Below, piece after piece: positions 63,548 to 64,000 of a stretch of DNA of 64,000 nt. Both the position numbers and the translations under genes were made by a program. Under the pieces are notes generated by a model. The model saw only the letters and a program-made list of their open reading frames with translations. It was not told where the DNA came from and ran no database searches. Source of the DNA: Dipteris shenzhenensis (Eukaryota); assembly GCA_047967505.1 (NCBI GenBank), contig CM106538.1, one strand, 5' to 3'. Position 1 is the stretch's first letter. Every line of letters starts with the position of its first letter.

Positions 63548-64000
63548 TTTCCATCTTCCTCCCGCCACCGGTATAATATAGAAGCCCTCCTCTAATATTA
63601 TAAGAAAGTGATTTTGTGGAAAAGAAGTTTGAGTAGGTGTACTCCAAGTGCAAGAACTATGCAATTGTAGATAACCTATCTAATGATGCCCTTATAGGGT
63701 TTTGGTTAAGGCAATCAAGGTTGCACTGTGCATGCACCCTTGCACTTGGGTGCATTGTGACACACTGCCTACATCATCGAGTGCTTAGTATATCCCTTTA
63801 TAGGTGATTTTGTTGCGTGACCACTTTGTGAGCCCTAGTCCAAGGACATCACGCATGAGCTACGTAGGTCAAGCTCTCAGCCTTAGGTGAAGCCCTTTGT
63901 TCACTGGTACCCACTGGAGAACTCAGTAGGATAGAGTTTTTCCGTCTTAGGATTGGTTAAGAGTATGTGCAGCCCATGATACAGGGCCCCAAGGGCAGCA

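Overview
Repeat-rich plant nuclear DNA. The abundant (TC)n/(AC)n tracts and the TE types suggest a fern or other seed-free vascular plant; that is inference only. The host-gene content is small. There is a three-member cluster of intronless secreted-peptide precursor genes ending in an atypical CLE/TDIF-like motif, RL(S/N)TP(V/G)SGPNPGGN: two copies are intact and one is destroyed by a nonsense codon plus a 2.2-kb deletion inside a segmental duplication. There is also a pseudogenised thaumatin (PR5)-ectodomain receptor kinase with a LecRK-type RD kinase domain, and a two-exon small conserved protein gene directly upstream of it. The rest is nested TEs: two CACTA elements of one family with palindromic subterminal repeats; a Ty3/gypsy element with a catalytically dead native RNase H, a second archaeal-type RNase H in a separate ORF upstream of gag, and an apparent tRNA-His primer site; a truncated Ty1/copia; a chromodomain Ty3 with non-matching LTRs; a tRNA-headed SINE; LINE 3' ends stacked in (TC)n tracts; and several tandem-repeat arrays. 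All calls are from manual reading; no searches were run.
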